NCBI GenBank assembly: GCA_963676615.1 | Contig: OY781092.1 | Span: forward strand, 1,312,001 to 1,376,000 | Source of the DNA: Candidatus Cloacimonadota bacterium | GTDB taxonomy: Bacteria; Cloacimonadota; Cloacimonadia; G963667145 | Direction: 5' to 3' | Length of the DNA stretch: 64,000 nt | In this document: positions 49,276 to 59,232 of the stretch, piece by piece | Position numbering within the stretch: position 1 is the first letter of the stretch | Layout of the letters: each line of letters opens with the position of its first letter | Translations under genes and position numbers: made by a program | The notes under the pieces: model-generated | What the model saw: only the letters and a program-made list of their open reading frames with translations | What the model was told of the DNA's origin: nothing | The model's database searches: none

Positions 49276-50006
49276 CTGCCCGCCTCTAGCGAGTCCAGCC
49301 GCAAAAACTCCTGCAGAAATTTCTGCTCTTTTGGCGTGTTGAGCGCAGAATTTTCTCGCAAAATCTTGCCTTCGTCTTGCCGAAACTCGAGCGCCGCCTG
49401 AACAATATGCTCCAAAATCGCTTTGATCCGACCCTTTATCGCCCAGCGCACAACGCCAAGCGAGAGCAAACCGTTCACAAACGAGCTCTCGTTAAAAAGA
49501 AAAATCCGCAGCTCGTAGTCGCAAGTTTGCTGCCGCGAAGCCGCAATATCGACCATCACCAAGGCCGTGCCGTAGAGATGCCACCACAAAAAATAGCCTT
49601 CGCCGTCGCCATAATAGACGCGCCTGTCCGTCTGCGCCAAAGGCGAGAGCAAATTCATTCTGCCCTGCAAACCTTTTATCGTCGCCAAAAATCGCCGCTT
49701 GTCCGCATCCAGATACTTTATCTTGTAATCGGTTCCACGATAAGCGTTTACCAGCTTCGCCGTCTGGGGCAAATTCTCGAACAAAAAATTGAGCGACGCA
49801 AAACCCAGCGGCACCTGTCCACGCAAAACATACTCGACTCTGCCGTCAATCTGCAACTCTTTCTTCACCCGAGCGCCCCAATAGCCCGTCAGTTGCACAT
49901 TCCGCGCAGACAACTCCGCCTGCAAAGCGTCCTCGGCAAAAATCGGCGCAACCAGCACGCTCAGCGCAAAAATCAGCCACAACTTCCGACAAAAAAACTT
50001 CTTCAT
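49272..50006 (-). CDS. Exported hypothetical protein
   Basis: Signal peptide MKKFFCRKLWLIFALSVLVAPIFA; start placed at ATG 50006 after GGAG. Confidence 0.6.
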   Translation of the reverse strand: MKKFFCRKLWLIFALSVLVAPIFAEDALQAELSARNVQLTGYWGARVKKELQIDGRVEYVLRGQVPLGFASLNFLFENLPQTAKLVNAYRGTDYKIKYLDADKRRFLATIKGLQGRMNLLSPLAQTDRRVYYGDGEGYFLWWHLYGTALVMVDIAASRQQTCDYELRIFLFNESSFVNGLLSLGVVRWAIKGRIKAILEHIVQAALEFRQDEGKILRENSALNTPKEQKFLQEFLRLDSLEAGS

Positions 50007-50183
50007 ACAGCCACTCTCCACATCCACACAAATCTGCCAATCACAAAATGGGGATTTTGCTGAAAAAAGCTCCACCAAAAAGCGAAAATTGGCTTGACGG
50101 CGCAGGAACAACAAGTTTTATTTGGGAAAAATAAGGGAAATAATTAAATTTCACAAAATTCAAAAAACTAGAGCGTTTAGCCA

Positions 50184-51206
50184 ATGAAAAAATACAGTTT
50201 CAAAAACGACTACAGCGAGGGCTGTCACACAAAAATTTTAGAGAAGCTAAGCCAGGCAAATCTCGTGCAAGAAGAAGGATATGGACTGGACAGCTTTTGC
50301 GAAGAAGCCAAAAAAGCGATTCGCCAAAAAATCGGCAATAAAGATACCGCCATCCACTTTTTAGCCACTGGCACGCAAACAAACTTAGTCGTAATCTCCT
50401 CAATTCTAAAGCCTTACGAATCCGTTATAGCGCCAGAAACGGGGCATATCGCTGTCCACGAAACTGGAGCCATCGAGGCGACAGGCCACAAAATAAACAC
50501 GGTCAAAACCGAAAACGGAAAACTAAAAAGCCAAGACATACAGGCAGTCCTAGACGCCCACACTGACGAGCATATGGTAAAGCCACGCTTGGTATTCATC
50601 TCAAATTCAACCGAAATCGGGAGCGTCTATACAAAAAACGAATTGCAAATTTTATCCGATTTTTGCAAAAAAAACAACTTGTATTTATATGTCGATGGCG
50701 CCCGATTAGGCTCCGCTCTTACCTGCCCAAAAAGCGATTTGTCTTTGGCGGACTTGGCAAATCTGGTCGATGTTTTTTACATCGGCGGCACAAAAAATGG
50801 CGCATTATTAGGCGAAGCAATCGTCATAAACAACGAAAAATTAAGCGAAAATTTTCGCTTCAACATCAAGCAAAAAGGCGCTTTACTCGCCAAAGGCAGA
50901 ATCTTGGGAATTCAATTTTTGGTTCTATTCAAGGACGATTTATTTTTCAAACTCGCAAAACATGCAAATTCGATGGCGGCAAAACTGGCAAAAGCGTTAA
51001 AAGAACAAAATTACAATTTTCTGATAGAGCCAGCCTCAAACCAAATTTTCCCGATTTTGCCGAACAATTTAATAGAAAAACTTGGCAAAAAATACTCGTT
51101 TTATATTTGGGAAAAAATTGATGGTCGAAATTCAGCCATCAGATTAGTCACCTCTTGGGCAACAAAAGAAGAGATCGTGGATAAATTTATTTCCGAGCTG
51201 AAATAA
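50184..51206 (+). CDS. Low-specificity L-threonine aldolase (PLP)
   Basis: FKNDYSEG, GYG.D, HETGAIE, STEIG, DGARL, GGTKNG, RLVTSWAT. Confidence 0.9.
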   Translation: MKKYSFKNDYSEGCHTKILEKLSQANLVQEEGYGLDSFCEEAKKAIRQKIGNKDTAIHFLATGTQTNLVVISSILKPYESVIAPETGHIAVHETGAIEATGHKINTVKTENGKLKSQDIQAVLDAHTDEHMVKPRLVFISNSTEIGSVYTKNELQILSDFCKKNNLYLYVDGARLGSALTCPKSDLSLADLANLVDVFYIGGTKNGALLGEAIVINNEKLSENFRFNIKQKGALLAKGRILGIQFLVLFKDDLFFKLAKHANSMAAKLAKALKEQNYNFLIEPASNQIFPILPNNLIEKLGKKYSFYIWEKIDGRNSAIRLVTSWATKEEIVDKFISELK

Positions 51207-51263
51207 GCACATTTCTTTCTTTCGGTTGACCACAAAAAATCTAACCGATAAAAAGGACACACT

Positions 51264-51977
51264 ATGAAAAAAACGCTTCTTTCGCTAATCTTTTCCTTCA
51301 TAATTTTGGCGAGCTACAGCCAAAATCTTACCAAAAATTTCATCGACAAAAACTATATCGAAGTCACTGGCTTTGCCTGCAAAACCATCACACCAAACCA
51401 AATCTATCTACACATTTTGATTAACGAAAAAGATTTGAAAAACAAAAACTTGGCAAAAACAGAAAAAGCGATGATCGATAAACTCAAAGAAATCGGCGTA
51501 AATGTGAATAAAGAGCTTACTGCCAAAGATTTGAGCAGCGATTTTGAGTATCATTGGGCGTTCAATTCCGACATTTTGCTCTCCAAAGAGTATCGACTGC
51601 TAGTGCACGACGCTATTACGGCTGGAGAGGTTTTTAGCCAATTAAAAAAACTGGGAATTTCCAACATCTCTGTCGCAGAAGTCAGCCACAGCGAAATCGA
51701 AAAATTAAAAAAAGATGTCAAAATTCAGGCGATGCAATCTGCCAAAGACGATGCGAAGTCGCTTGCCACAGCCATCGGACAAAAAATTGGGCGAGCGCTT
51801 TTCATCAACGCAAATCACCACGAAAACCTAACCAAAGAATACTCGTATGCCAACATCTACACCGCCAGAGTCAGAGGTGCTCCTACCAAAAAAAACCTAA
51901 GTTCTAGTAAACCAAACATCAAGTTTGAAAAAATCAAACTAGCTTACCAAGTTACCGCAAGATTTGCTTTGGAATAG
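51264..51977 (+). CDS. SIMPL (DUF541) domain periplasmic protein
   Basis: Signal peptide, YIEVTG....P, AKDDAKSLA...GQKIG, C-terminal V.ARF.L. Confidence 0.8.
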   Translation: MKKTLLSLIFSFIILASYSQNLTKNFIDKNYIEVTGFACKTITPNQIYLHILINEKDLKNKNLAKTEKAMIDKLKEIGVNVNKELTAKDLSSDFEYHWAFNSDILLSKEYRLLVHDAITAGEVFSQLKKLGISNISVAEVSHSEIEKLKKDVKIQAMQSAKDDAKSLATAIGQKIGRALFINANHHENLTKEYSYANIYTARVRGAPTKKNLSSSKPNIKFEKIKLAYQVTARFALE

Positions 51978-52015
51978 AAAAAATGCCAAATTTCAAAATA
52001 TAAAAAAGGCAAAAT

Positions 52016-52957
52016 ATGACAAATTCGATAGATTATAGCAAAAACGAAAACTGGGCTTCGTTGCCAGACACGAACAAAGCCGTCGATGTTTTTTATGTAT
52101 ATCCGACAGTTTATCTGAAACCTGAGCCAAAAAATATGGATATTGGCGACCCTACTCTTCGTAAAAATGTTTCTGGGCTGCTGACAGCTCAAGCGGGTGT
52201 TTATTCTCCATATGCAAATTTGTTTGCTCCTTATTATCGCCAACAAACAGCCGCTACGCAAAGTATGAAAGCGAACAACGGCGGCGTGAGTGCATATGAA
52301 GACCCTAGCTTCAAAATCGGCTATCGAGACATCCAACAAGCCTTCTATTATTACCTAGCGCACCTCAACAAAGGGCGACCTTTCATTTTAGCAGGGCACA
52401 GCCAAGGCTCAATGGTTATCATCCAGCTACTCAGAAATCGCTTCGAGAACCCTCAACTGCAGCAACAACTCATCGCAGCTTACGCTATCGGATACTCCCT
52501 TACCAAAGAAGATTTGGCGAACTATCCGTGGATGCGCCTTGCCCAAAAAGAAGACGACACTGGCGTAATCATCACCTATAACACCCAAGGTCCTAACGCT
52601 GGAGAATCGCCAGTTTTACTCAAAAACGCCGTAGCCATAAATCCGCTAAACTGGAAAACCGATGCAACTCTAGCTCCACAATCAGCAAACAAAGGTGCTG
52701 TTTTCTTCAACGACGCCACTGGCGAAGTTTTACAAAAAATTCCAAACTTCACAGACGCAAAAATCGACACCACCACTGGCGCACTAATCGTCTGCAAAAT
52801 GCAACCCACACAAACAGACAAAATCAACCTCAAAAAAATGGGCAGATGGCCAAGCGAAGTCTATCATCGCTACGACTACGCATTTTTTTACGAAAATATA
52901 AAAGAAAATGTCGAAAAGCGCATAAAAGCGTTTCAAAAAAATAGAGGGAAATTATGA
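52016..52957 (+). CDS. DUF3089 alpha/beta-hydrolase family protein
   Basis: WASLP, VDVFYVYPT, FAPYYRQ, RPFILAGHSQGS, INPLNW, YH.YDY.FF. Confidence 0.88.
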   Translation: MTNSIDYSKNENWASLPDTNKAVDVFYVYPTVYLKPEPKNMDIGDPTLRKNVSGLLTAQAGVYSPYANLFAPYYRQQTAATQSMKANNGGVSAYEDPSFKIGYRDIQQAFYYYLAHLNKGRPFILAGHSQGSMVIIQLLRNRFENPQLQQQLIAAYAIGYSLTKEDLANYPWMRLAQKEDDTGVIITYNTQGPNAGESPVLLKNAVAINPLNWKTDATLAPQSANKGAVFFNDATGEVLQKIPNFTDAKIDTTTGALIVCKMQPTQTDKINLKKMGRWPSEVYHRYDYAFFYENIKENVEKRIKAFQKNRGKL

Positions 52958-53373
52958 AAACGAAAAGCAAGCTGAACAAACTTCTCAAAGCAGCTGGAAT
53001 AACGCTGCTGATTTACGGACTTTTGGAATGTCTGGATGTTTACAGCAATTTTGCGGCGATGCTGGGCTGGTCACAAAACAGCTACCCTCCTTTTTATTTT
53101 GACGCTATTAACAAGCTCTTCACCCAAAAACCGCTCTACTCATTTTTGTTCACCCTCATTCCGACCTCCCTGCGCCTAATCTCGGGCATCGGCATCCTCC
53201 GTGACAGAATGTGGGGCTTTTGGCTTGCTATCATCGTGAGCATCTACACCTTTTGCGTCTTCACCCTCTTTTTACCTTTGGGCGTCTATGACGGCATTTT
53301 AACCACAATCGTCCTGATTTTTCTGTTGATTGGCTACTGTGGAAAATCCAAAATTTCCAGTTTTATTTCTTGA
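52954..53373 (+). CDS. Small membrane protein of unknown function
   Basis: About four hydrophobic helices; ATGA overlap with the upstream gene. Confidence 0.65.
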   Translation: MKTKSKLNKLLKAAGITLLIYGLLECLDVYSNFAAMLGWSQNSYPPFYFDAINKLFTQKPLYSFLFTLIPTSLRLISGIGILRDRMWGFWLAIIVSIYTFCVFTLFLPLGVYDGILTTIVLIFLLIGYCGKSKISSFIS

Positions 53374-53446
53374 CAAATAAGCTCTTTATCCGCCCTCTAA
53401 TTAAGAATTTATAGCAACAAATTAAACTTGGAGACCATAACCCAAA

Positions 53447-54139
53447 ATGATCCAAAAAAAATATTTAGCGCCGAACGGTTGCACTTTGTCCAGCCTCTGC
53501 GTCGGGCTCATCGCCATCCAGCGAGTGATAAACGGCGACTACATCCAAGCCTGCTGGCTCATCACCTTGTGTATGGTATTCGACCTTTTCGACGGCACAC
53601 TCGCCCGCAAATTCGAGGCGTTCAGCGACTTTGGAGCCGAGCTAGACTCGCTCGTCGATTTCCTCTGCTTTGGCATCGCTCCCGCTATCCTCGCCTACAA
53701 TATGCTGCTAATCCACAAGCCACTTTACGGCGGAATTTTGTGCATCTTTTTTGTCATCTGCGCCGCATCGCGACTTGCTCGCTTCAACTCCTGCCTGTCG
53801 TCCGACCTCTCGGTCAAACACGACTTCAAAGGGCTACCCGTGCCAGCAGCCGCAGCTTTCATCGTCTCCTACATCATCTTTGCGAATGAACTTCCGCACA
53901 AAATGCACCTGACCATCCTTATCGCAATCATCCTGCTCTCCTCACTGTTAATGGTCAGCAGCGTCCAGTTCCGCCCGCTCAAACCGTCGGCACGAAAAAA
54001 CATCTTCGTAAAACTTTTCGTCTGCGCAATTTTAGTCGCGTCAATTTGGCAAGCAGCCTACATCTACTTCCCGCTTTGCCTGCTGCTGCTTCTACAAAAT
54101 CTTTTGCTGAACCTTGGTCAAAAATATCACAAAAGCTAA
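53447..54139 (+). CDS. pssA: CDP-diacylglycerol--serine O-phosphatidyltransferase
   Basis: PN..T, DLFDG.LAR...SDFGAELDSLVD...FGIAP, RLARFN, FKGLP.P. Confidence 0.9.
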   Translation: MIQKKYLAPNGCTLSSLCVGLIAIQRVINGDYIQACWLITLCMVFDLFDGTLARKFEAFSDFGAELDSLVDFLCFGIAPAILAYNMLLIHKPLYGGILCIFFVICAASRLARFNSCLSSDLSVKHDFKGLPVPAAAAFIVSYIIFANELPHKMHLTILIAIILLSSLLMVSSVQFRPLKPSARKNIFVKLFVCAILVASIWQAAYIYFPLCLLLLLQNLLLNLGQKYHKS

Positions 54140-54785
54140 ACCGTTCATCGACGCTTTAGCGCAACTACTCTTTCCCAAAATTTGCTACGCTTGCAGAAAA
54201 AAACTGCCCGACCAAAGCAGTCGCATCAGCATTTGCCCGGAGTGCCTCTCGCAACTAGAACCGCCAAGCAAACAGCGCCCGAGCGTTTACAGCCTACTCA
54301 AATTCAACCCGATTGCGCAAGAACTCATCCACCAGCTAAAATATAACAACAAAAAAAAAGTGGCGCCGCAACTTTGCTTTTGGGCAAAATCGCAAATCGA
54401 AAAAAACATCGCACCGTGGAACATCGACGGAATCGTGCCTGTGCCGCTTTTTCGCATTCGCTATAACGAGCGCAGCTACAACCAGTCGGAACACATCGCC
54501 AAAGCTCTTAGCAAAATTCTTGGCGTGGAACTTTTGCCAAAAATCTGCAAACGAGTCCGCTATACCAAAACTCAAGCTCGGCTAAAAAACGCAGACGCTC
54601 GCAAAAAGAACCTTGCGGGAGCTTTCGCCTGCCGCGGCAAAAATCATCTGGGCAACAAAAACCTGCTGGTCGTGGACGATGTGCTGACCACAGGCGCGAC
54701 CCTGCAAAACCTCGTTACCACCCTCTCGCAAATCACAAACGGCAAAATCTACGGATTTACCTTGGCGACGGCGAGCGAAAAATGA
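54114..54785 (+). CDS. comF: ComF family phosphoribosyltransferase-like protein
   Basis: FP..C..C...C..C zinc ribbon, LKY, VPVPL, R.YNQS, VVDDVLTTGAT. Confidence 0.88.
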   Translation: MVKNITKAKPFIDALAQLLFPKICYACRKKLPDQSSRISICPECLSQLEPPSKQRPSVYSLLKFNPIAQELIHQLKYNNKKKVAPQLCFWAKSQIEKNIAPWNIDGIVPVPLFRIRYNERSYNQSEHIAKALSKILGVELLPKICKRVRYTKTQARLKNADARKKNLAGAFACRGKNHLGNKNLLVVDDVLTTGATLQNLVTTLSQITNGKIYGFTLATASEK

Positions 54786-55348
54786 CCTACTACAAAATCT
54801 TGAGCGTCCTGGTTTGCAACCTGCTGCTGCTCTCATGCATCCCCGTTTTGCTGAAATATCTGCTGTTTTGCCGCGCCCGCACATTTTTGGGCTTCAAGCT
54901 ATTTTTCACACCCGGAATCGTTATCCGCAAAGAAAAACAGCTCCTGCAAAAAATCGACCAAGGAATCGTTGAATATCACAAATTTTGCCTTGACAAAGAT
55001 AGCCAAACCCTTAGCAGAGTCGAAGACAAACTCAGCAAAATCGTCTTCCAAAAGACAAAATTTTTGCAAAATTGGCACTTTTTGCCAGCGTTTTTCTGCC
55101 TATTTTTGCGAAAAATTCTTTCCGTCTTGGTCTATCAGATAGTGCTGCAAGCGGGAAAAGAGATTTTGCCAGCGTTGTCCGACAAATACAAACTGGAAAC
55201 TCGCCTTCAGGAAATCAGAACCAAAATCGAGCCTGAGATGATCGAAGAGTTGAGCCAAAAATATTTTTTCAAATACTTGCTCTACTTTTTCGCCTCGCTA
55301 GGACTTTTAACAGGAATCACAAACAGTATAATAATATGGCTATTTTAA
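54782..55348 (+). CDS. Membrane protein resembling a shortened DUF445/YheB family member
   Basis: N-terminal TM followed by 'KYLLF...LGFKLFFTPGIV'; C-terminal 'IEEL..KYL...LGLLTG' TM. Confidence 0.5.
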   Translation: MTYYKILSVLVCNLLLLSCIPVLLKYLLFCRARTFLGFKLFFTPGIVIRKEKQLLQKIDQGIVEYHKFCLDKDSQTLSRVEDKLSKIVFQKTKFLQNWHFLPAFFCLFLRKILSVLVYQIVLQAGKEILPALSDKYKLETRLQEIRTKIEPEMIEELSQKYFFKYLLYFFASLGLLTGITNSIIIWLF

Positions 55349-56619
55349 AAAAAATCTCCGTCGTGGCAATTTTTTGTCTTGCGCAAACTATTTTCGCAGA
55401 CGATTTAGGACGACTGGACTCCGCCTATCAAAGCGGTAACATCCAATATTTGCAAGAGAATTTGCCCAATGTGCAGAGCGATTTTCCCGAAGAAAAAGAG
55501 CGCATCGATTTTTACAAAGCTGTTACGCAATCGTCGCCAAATTTTGTGCAAGAGTTGGAAAAAATCTCCGCTCAGCCCAACAATCAGTTTTCGCAAGCGG
55601 CGCTTTTGGAGCTGAGCAAAGTTTACTACCTGAAAAAAGATTACTCCAAGGCGCTGAAATATTTGGACAAAATCACCAAGCCCGCTCTGCAAGCCGAAAA
55701 AAGTTATTGGACGGCGTATTCGCTTTATGCGCTGGCGGACTATAAAGTCGCCATTCAGTGGGCGCAAGAGTATCAACAGCTCGCGCGCGACAACGACCGA
55801 ATCGAAAATACCTACATCCTCATCAGCAATTGCTATATCAAGCTGGGCAAATATGACCTTGCGCTAAAGCTTTTGCTCTCGTTGGAAAAGCTCAAACTCC
55901 TTAGCTCGCAAAGAGCCGCGGGGCTATACAACATCAGCGTTTGTTACGAAGAGCTGAACAATCCCGCAAAGCAAAAAGAGACAGTTTTTTTGCTCAAAAA
56001 AGATTTCCCTTACAGCAAATATGCCGAGCTTCTTACCGAAAGAGATTTACAGGTTTTCCAAGACGACTCGCTGCAGCCGCAAAGCCAGACAAACAGCACG
56101 GTTTACCTGCAAGTTGGTGCTTTTGGCGACGAAGAAAACGCTGCAGATTTTTCTGATATTTTGCTAAACAAAGGCTTTCCGACAAAAATTCACAAAGACG
56201 AAAAAAACAGCGGCACTTTCTACAAAGTTTGGGCTGGTCCCTTTGCCAATTCGCAAGATTTGCAGGCGGCGAAATCGAAACTGCTGGCAGAAAATTATCC
56301 GAGCTTTGTCGTGGAAGAGCAGCAAACGCAAAGCCAAGAAGAGCCGTTGCAGCAAACGCCAGCAGAGCAAAGCGTGCCGACGCTCAGCCACAAAAGTTAC
56401 TACTTGGAATGCGGCGTTTTTACCGATCCAGCGAAATTGCAACAGCGCTTGCAGCGGCTGAAAAAAATCGGCGTGAGCGCGCAGGCGTATAAGCGCACAG
56501 TCGGCAGCAAATCCTTCATCTATGGCGTTATAGGGCCGTTCTCCAGCAAAGAAGAGGCGCTGGCTCAGCAGAGAAAGCTCAAAAGATACAACCTCGCCAG
56601 CAACATTTTTATCAAATAA
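55336..56619 (+). CDS. Exported TPR plus double SPOR-domain protein
   Basis: Signal peptide, TPR repeats, two SPOR domains (YLQVGAF...YKVWAGPF; YYLECGVF...IGPF). Confidence 0.85.
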   Translation: MAILKKISVVAIFCLAQTIFADDLGRLDSAYQSGNIQYLQENLPNVQSDFPEEKERIDFYKAVTQSSPNFVQELEKISAQPNNQFSQAALLELSKVYYLKKDYSKALKYLDKITKPALQAEKSYWTAYSLYALADYKVAIQWAQEYQQLARDNDRIENTYILISNCYIKLGKYDLALKLLLSLEKLKLLSSQRAAGLYNISVCYEELNNPAKQKETVFLLKKDFPYSKYAELLTERDLQVFQDDSLQPQSQTNSTVYLQVGAFGDEENAADFSDILLNKGFPTKIHKDEKNSGTFYKVWAGPFANSQDLQAAKSKLLAENYPSFVVEEQQTQSQEEPLQQTPAEQSVPTLSHKSYYLECGVFTDPAKLQQRLQRLKKIGVSAQAYKRTVGSKSFIYGVIGPFSSKEEALAQQRKLKRYNLASNIFIK

Positions 56620-56622
56620 AAA

Positions 56623-59232
56623 ATGCCCAAAGCCAAGCTAACTCCGATGTTGGAGCAATTTCTCCACTTCAAAAATCAGCATCCCGACAAGATTATTCTC
56701 TTTCGAATGGGCGATTTTTACGAAACTTTTTTTGACGATGCCCAAGTTTGCGCCAAAATTTTGAACATCACCCTGACGACCCGCAACAAAAACAAGGAGA
56801 ACTCCGTGCCGCTGGCGGGCTTTCCCTATCATTCGCTTTCCAGCTATCTGCCGCGCCTGATTGCCGCTAATCAAAAGGTGGTGATTTGCGAGCAGATGGA
56901 AGACCCAAAGCGAGCCAAGGGGCTGGTCAAGCGCGAAATCGTGGACATTATCACGCCGGGGAGCATCGTCGAATCGGAGTATATTCACTCGCCCGACGAC
57001 AACTTTTTGACTTCGCTGGTGTGCGAAGGCTCGGAATATGGCGTTGCCAGCGTGGACATCTCCACGGGGAAATTTAACTTTACGCAACTGCAAAAAGAAC
57101 AGCTGCCCGCAGAGCTGGAGCGGCTTTCTCCCAAAGAAATTTTGACTTTGCAACTTCCTCGTGATGCAGAAATTGCCGAAACTTTCGACGCAAAAATTTC
57201 TCACAGTCAATACGAGGACGACCAAATCCAGCTGGAGCGAGCGCAGGAGATTTTGAAAGAGCATTTTTCGCTTCTGTCGCTTGCGGGCGTTGGTTTGTCC
57301 GAACATCCGCTGGCGACCAAAGCCGCCGCGATAGCCATTGCGCATCTGAAAGATTTGAAAAAAAACGACCTCAAGCACATCGACAAAATCGAGTATTATT
57401 CGCTGGGCGCGTGCGTGCAGATGGACAAATCGACCGTCGCCAACTTGGAGCTGACCAAATCGCTGCTGGAGGGCACGACGCACGGAACTTTGCTGCAGGT
57501 GCTCGACCAAACTTGCACACCGATGGGTAGTCGCAAGCTCAAGCAGTGGGTGCTGCGACCGCTTTTGCAACAAGAGGCGATCGAACACCGACTGGAAATC
57601 GCCGAGGAGATGCTCGACAAAATCGATTTGACTCTGGCTTTGCGAGAGTTGCTGAGTAAAATCGGTGACATTGCCAGACTCACCAGCAAAATTTCCACAG
57701 GTTCGATAAACCCAAAGGAGATGCTCGCCATCGCTCAATATCTGGGGCTTTCGCGCGAAATCAAAGAGATTTTGGACAGCTTCGACTCCCTTTCGCTACT
57801 GCAAATCAAGGACAACATCCAAAACTACGACCAAATTATCGACAAAATCGACTCGACGATTTGCGAAAATCCGCAGAAAGCGATAACGCAAGGCGGCATC
57901 ATCAAAAGTCAAGCAAATCAAGAGCTTGGCGAGTTGCATCAAATCAGCTCGCAAGGGAAGTCGTGGATTTTGAAGCTGGAAAAAGAGGAAAAAGAGAAGC
58001 TGGGAATTGCAAATCTGAAAATCGATTACAACAAAATTTTTGGCTACTACATCGAAATCAGCAAAAGGCACGCCGACGCTGTGCCAGAGCGGTATATTCG
58101 CAAGCAAACTTTGGTCAATAGCGAGCGGTTTATCTCGCCGGAGCTCAAGGAGTATGAGAGCAAGGTGCTGGGCGCCGAGGAGCGAATTAAGGAGCTGGAA
58201 TACGAGATTTTTTGCAATTTGCGCTCCTTTTTGCAGGAAAAAATGAGCCTGCTACTGGAGTTTGCCGACACGCTGGCGCTGCTGGATGTTTACGCAAACT
58301 TCGCTCAAATCAGCTTTCATCGTGGTTATTGCAAGCCGAAATTTAACGACCAAAAAATTTTAGACCTCAAAAAATCTTTTCATCCTGTGATAAAGGAGCT
58401 GCTCAAAACTCAAGAGTTCATCCCCAACGACATCTACATCGACAACGAAAAAAACAACATCGTCTTGATTACCGGACCAAATATGGCGGGCAAATCGACC
58501 TATCTGCGGCAAGTCGCCGTCTCCGCTTTGATGGCGCAAATCGGCTGCTATGTCCCTGCCAAAGAGGCGTCGATGCCCATTTTTGACAAAATCTTTACGC
58601 GCGTTGGAGCGTCGGACAACCTCGCCAAAGGGCAAAGCACATTTTTGGTTGAGATGCTGGAGACCGCCTCAATCCTCAACTCTGCCAGCAAAGATTCGCT
58701 GGTCATCTTGGACGAAATTGGCCGTGGCACCAGCACCTACGACGGCTTATCGCTCGCCTGGTCAATCATCGAATACCTGCACAGCAGCCACCTAAAAGGC
58801 GTCAAAACGCTCTTCGCCACGCACTATCACGAGCTCACGCATCTGGCGGAAACTTTGCCGAGCGTGAAAAATTACAATGTCATCGTCGAGAAAGAGGACG
58901 ACAAAATCATCTTTATGCACAAAGTTTTGCCGGGAAAAGCCTCGGAAAGCTATGGCATCGATGTCGCTCAGCTGGCGGGCATCCCTGCGCCTGTCATTTT
59001 GCGCGCCAAAGAGATTTTGCAAACATTAGAAAATTCACAAAAAAAAAGCAAAAAAGTTCAGTTGCACACGCAACTGCAGGCATTTCCTGCTTCTCCAGAA
59101 AAAAAACAAACACCCCAAAATCTACTGAAATTGCAAAAAAAACTGCAAGCTATTTCGACCGATCAAACAACGCCACTGCAAGCTTTGCAGCTTTTGAGCG
59201 AGCTGCAAAAAATCGCCTCTCAAGAAAGTTGA
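56623..59232 (+). CDS. mutS: DNA mismatch repair protein MutS
   Basis: TPMLEQF, FRMGDFYE, TGPNMAGKST, STFLVEM, DEIGRGT, FATHYHE. Confidence 0.98.
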   Translation: MPKAKLTPMLEQFLHFKNQHPDKIILFRMGDFYETFFDDAQVCAKILNITLTTRNKNKENSVPLAGFPYHSLSSYLPRLIAANQKVVICEQMEDPKRAKGLVKREIVDIITPGSIVESEYIHSPDDNFLTSLVCEGSEYGVASVDISTGKFNFTQLQKEQLPAELERLSPKEILTLQLPRDAEIAETFDAKISHSQYEDDQIQLERAQEILKEHFSLLSLAGVGLSEHPLATKAAAIAIAHLKDLKKNDLKHIDKIEYYSLGACVQMDKSTVANLELTKSLLEGTTHGTLLQVLDQTCTPMGSRKLKQWVLRPLLQQEAIEHRLEIAEEMLDKIDLTLALRELLSKIGDIARLTSKISTGSINPKEMLAIAQYLGLSREIKEILDSFDSLSLLQIKDNIQNYDQIIDKIDSTICENPQKAITQGGIIKSQANQELGELHQISSQGKSWILKLEKEEKEKLGIANLKIDYNKIFGYYIEISKRHADAVPERYIRKQTLVNSERFISPELKEYESKVLGAEERIKELEYEIFCNLRSFLQEKMSLLLEFADTLALLDVYANFAQISFHRGYCKPKFNDQKILDLKKSFHPVIKELLKTQEFIPNDIYIDNEKNNIVLITGPNMAGKSTYLRQVAVSALMAQIGCYVPAKEASMPIFDKIFTRVGASDNLAKGQSTFLVEMLETASILNSASKDSLVILDEIGRGTSTYDGLSLAWSIIEYLHSSHLKGVKTLFATHYHELTHLAETLPSVKNYNVIVEKEDDKIIFMHKVLPGKASESYGIDVAQLAGIPAPVILRAKEILQTLENSQKKSKKVQLHTQLQAFPASPEKKQTPQNLLKLQKKLQAISTDQTTPLQALQLLSELQKIASQES

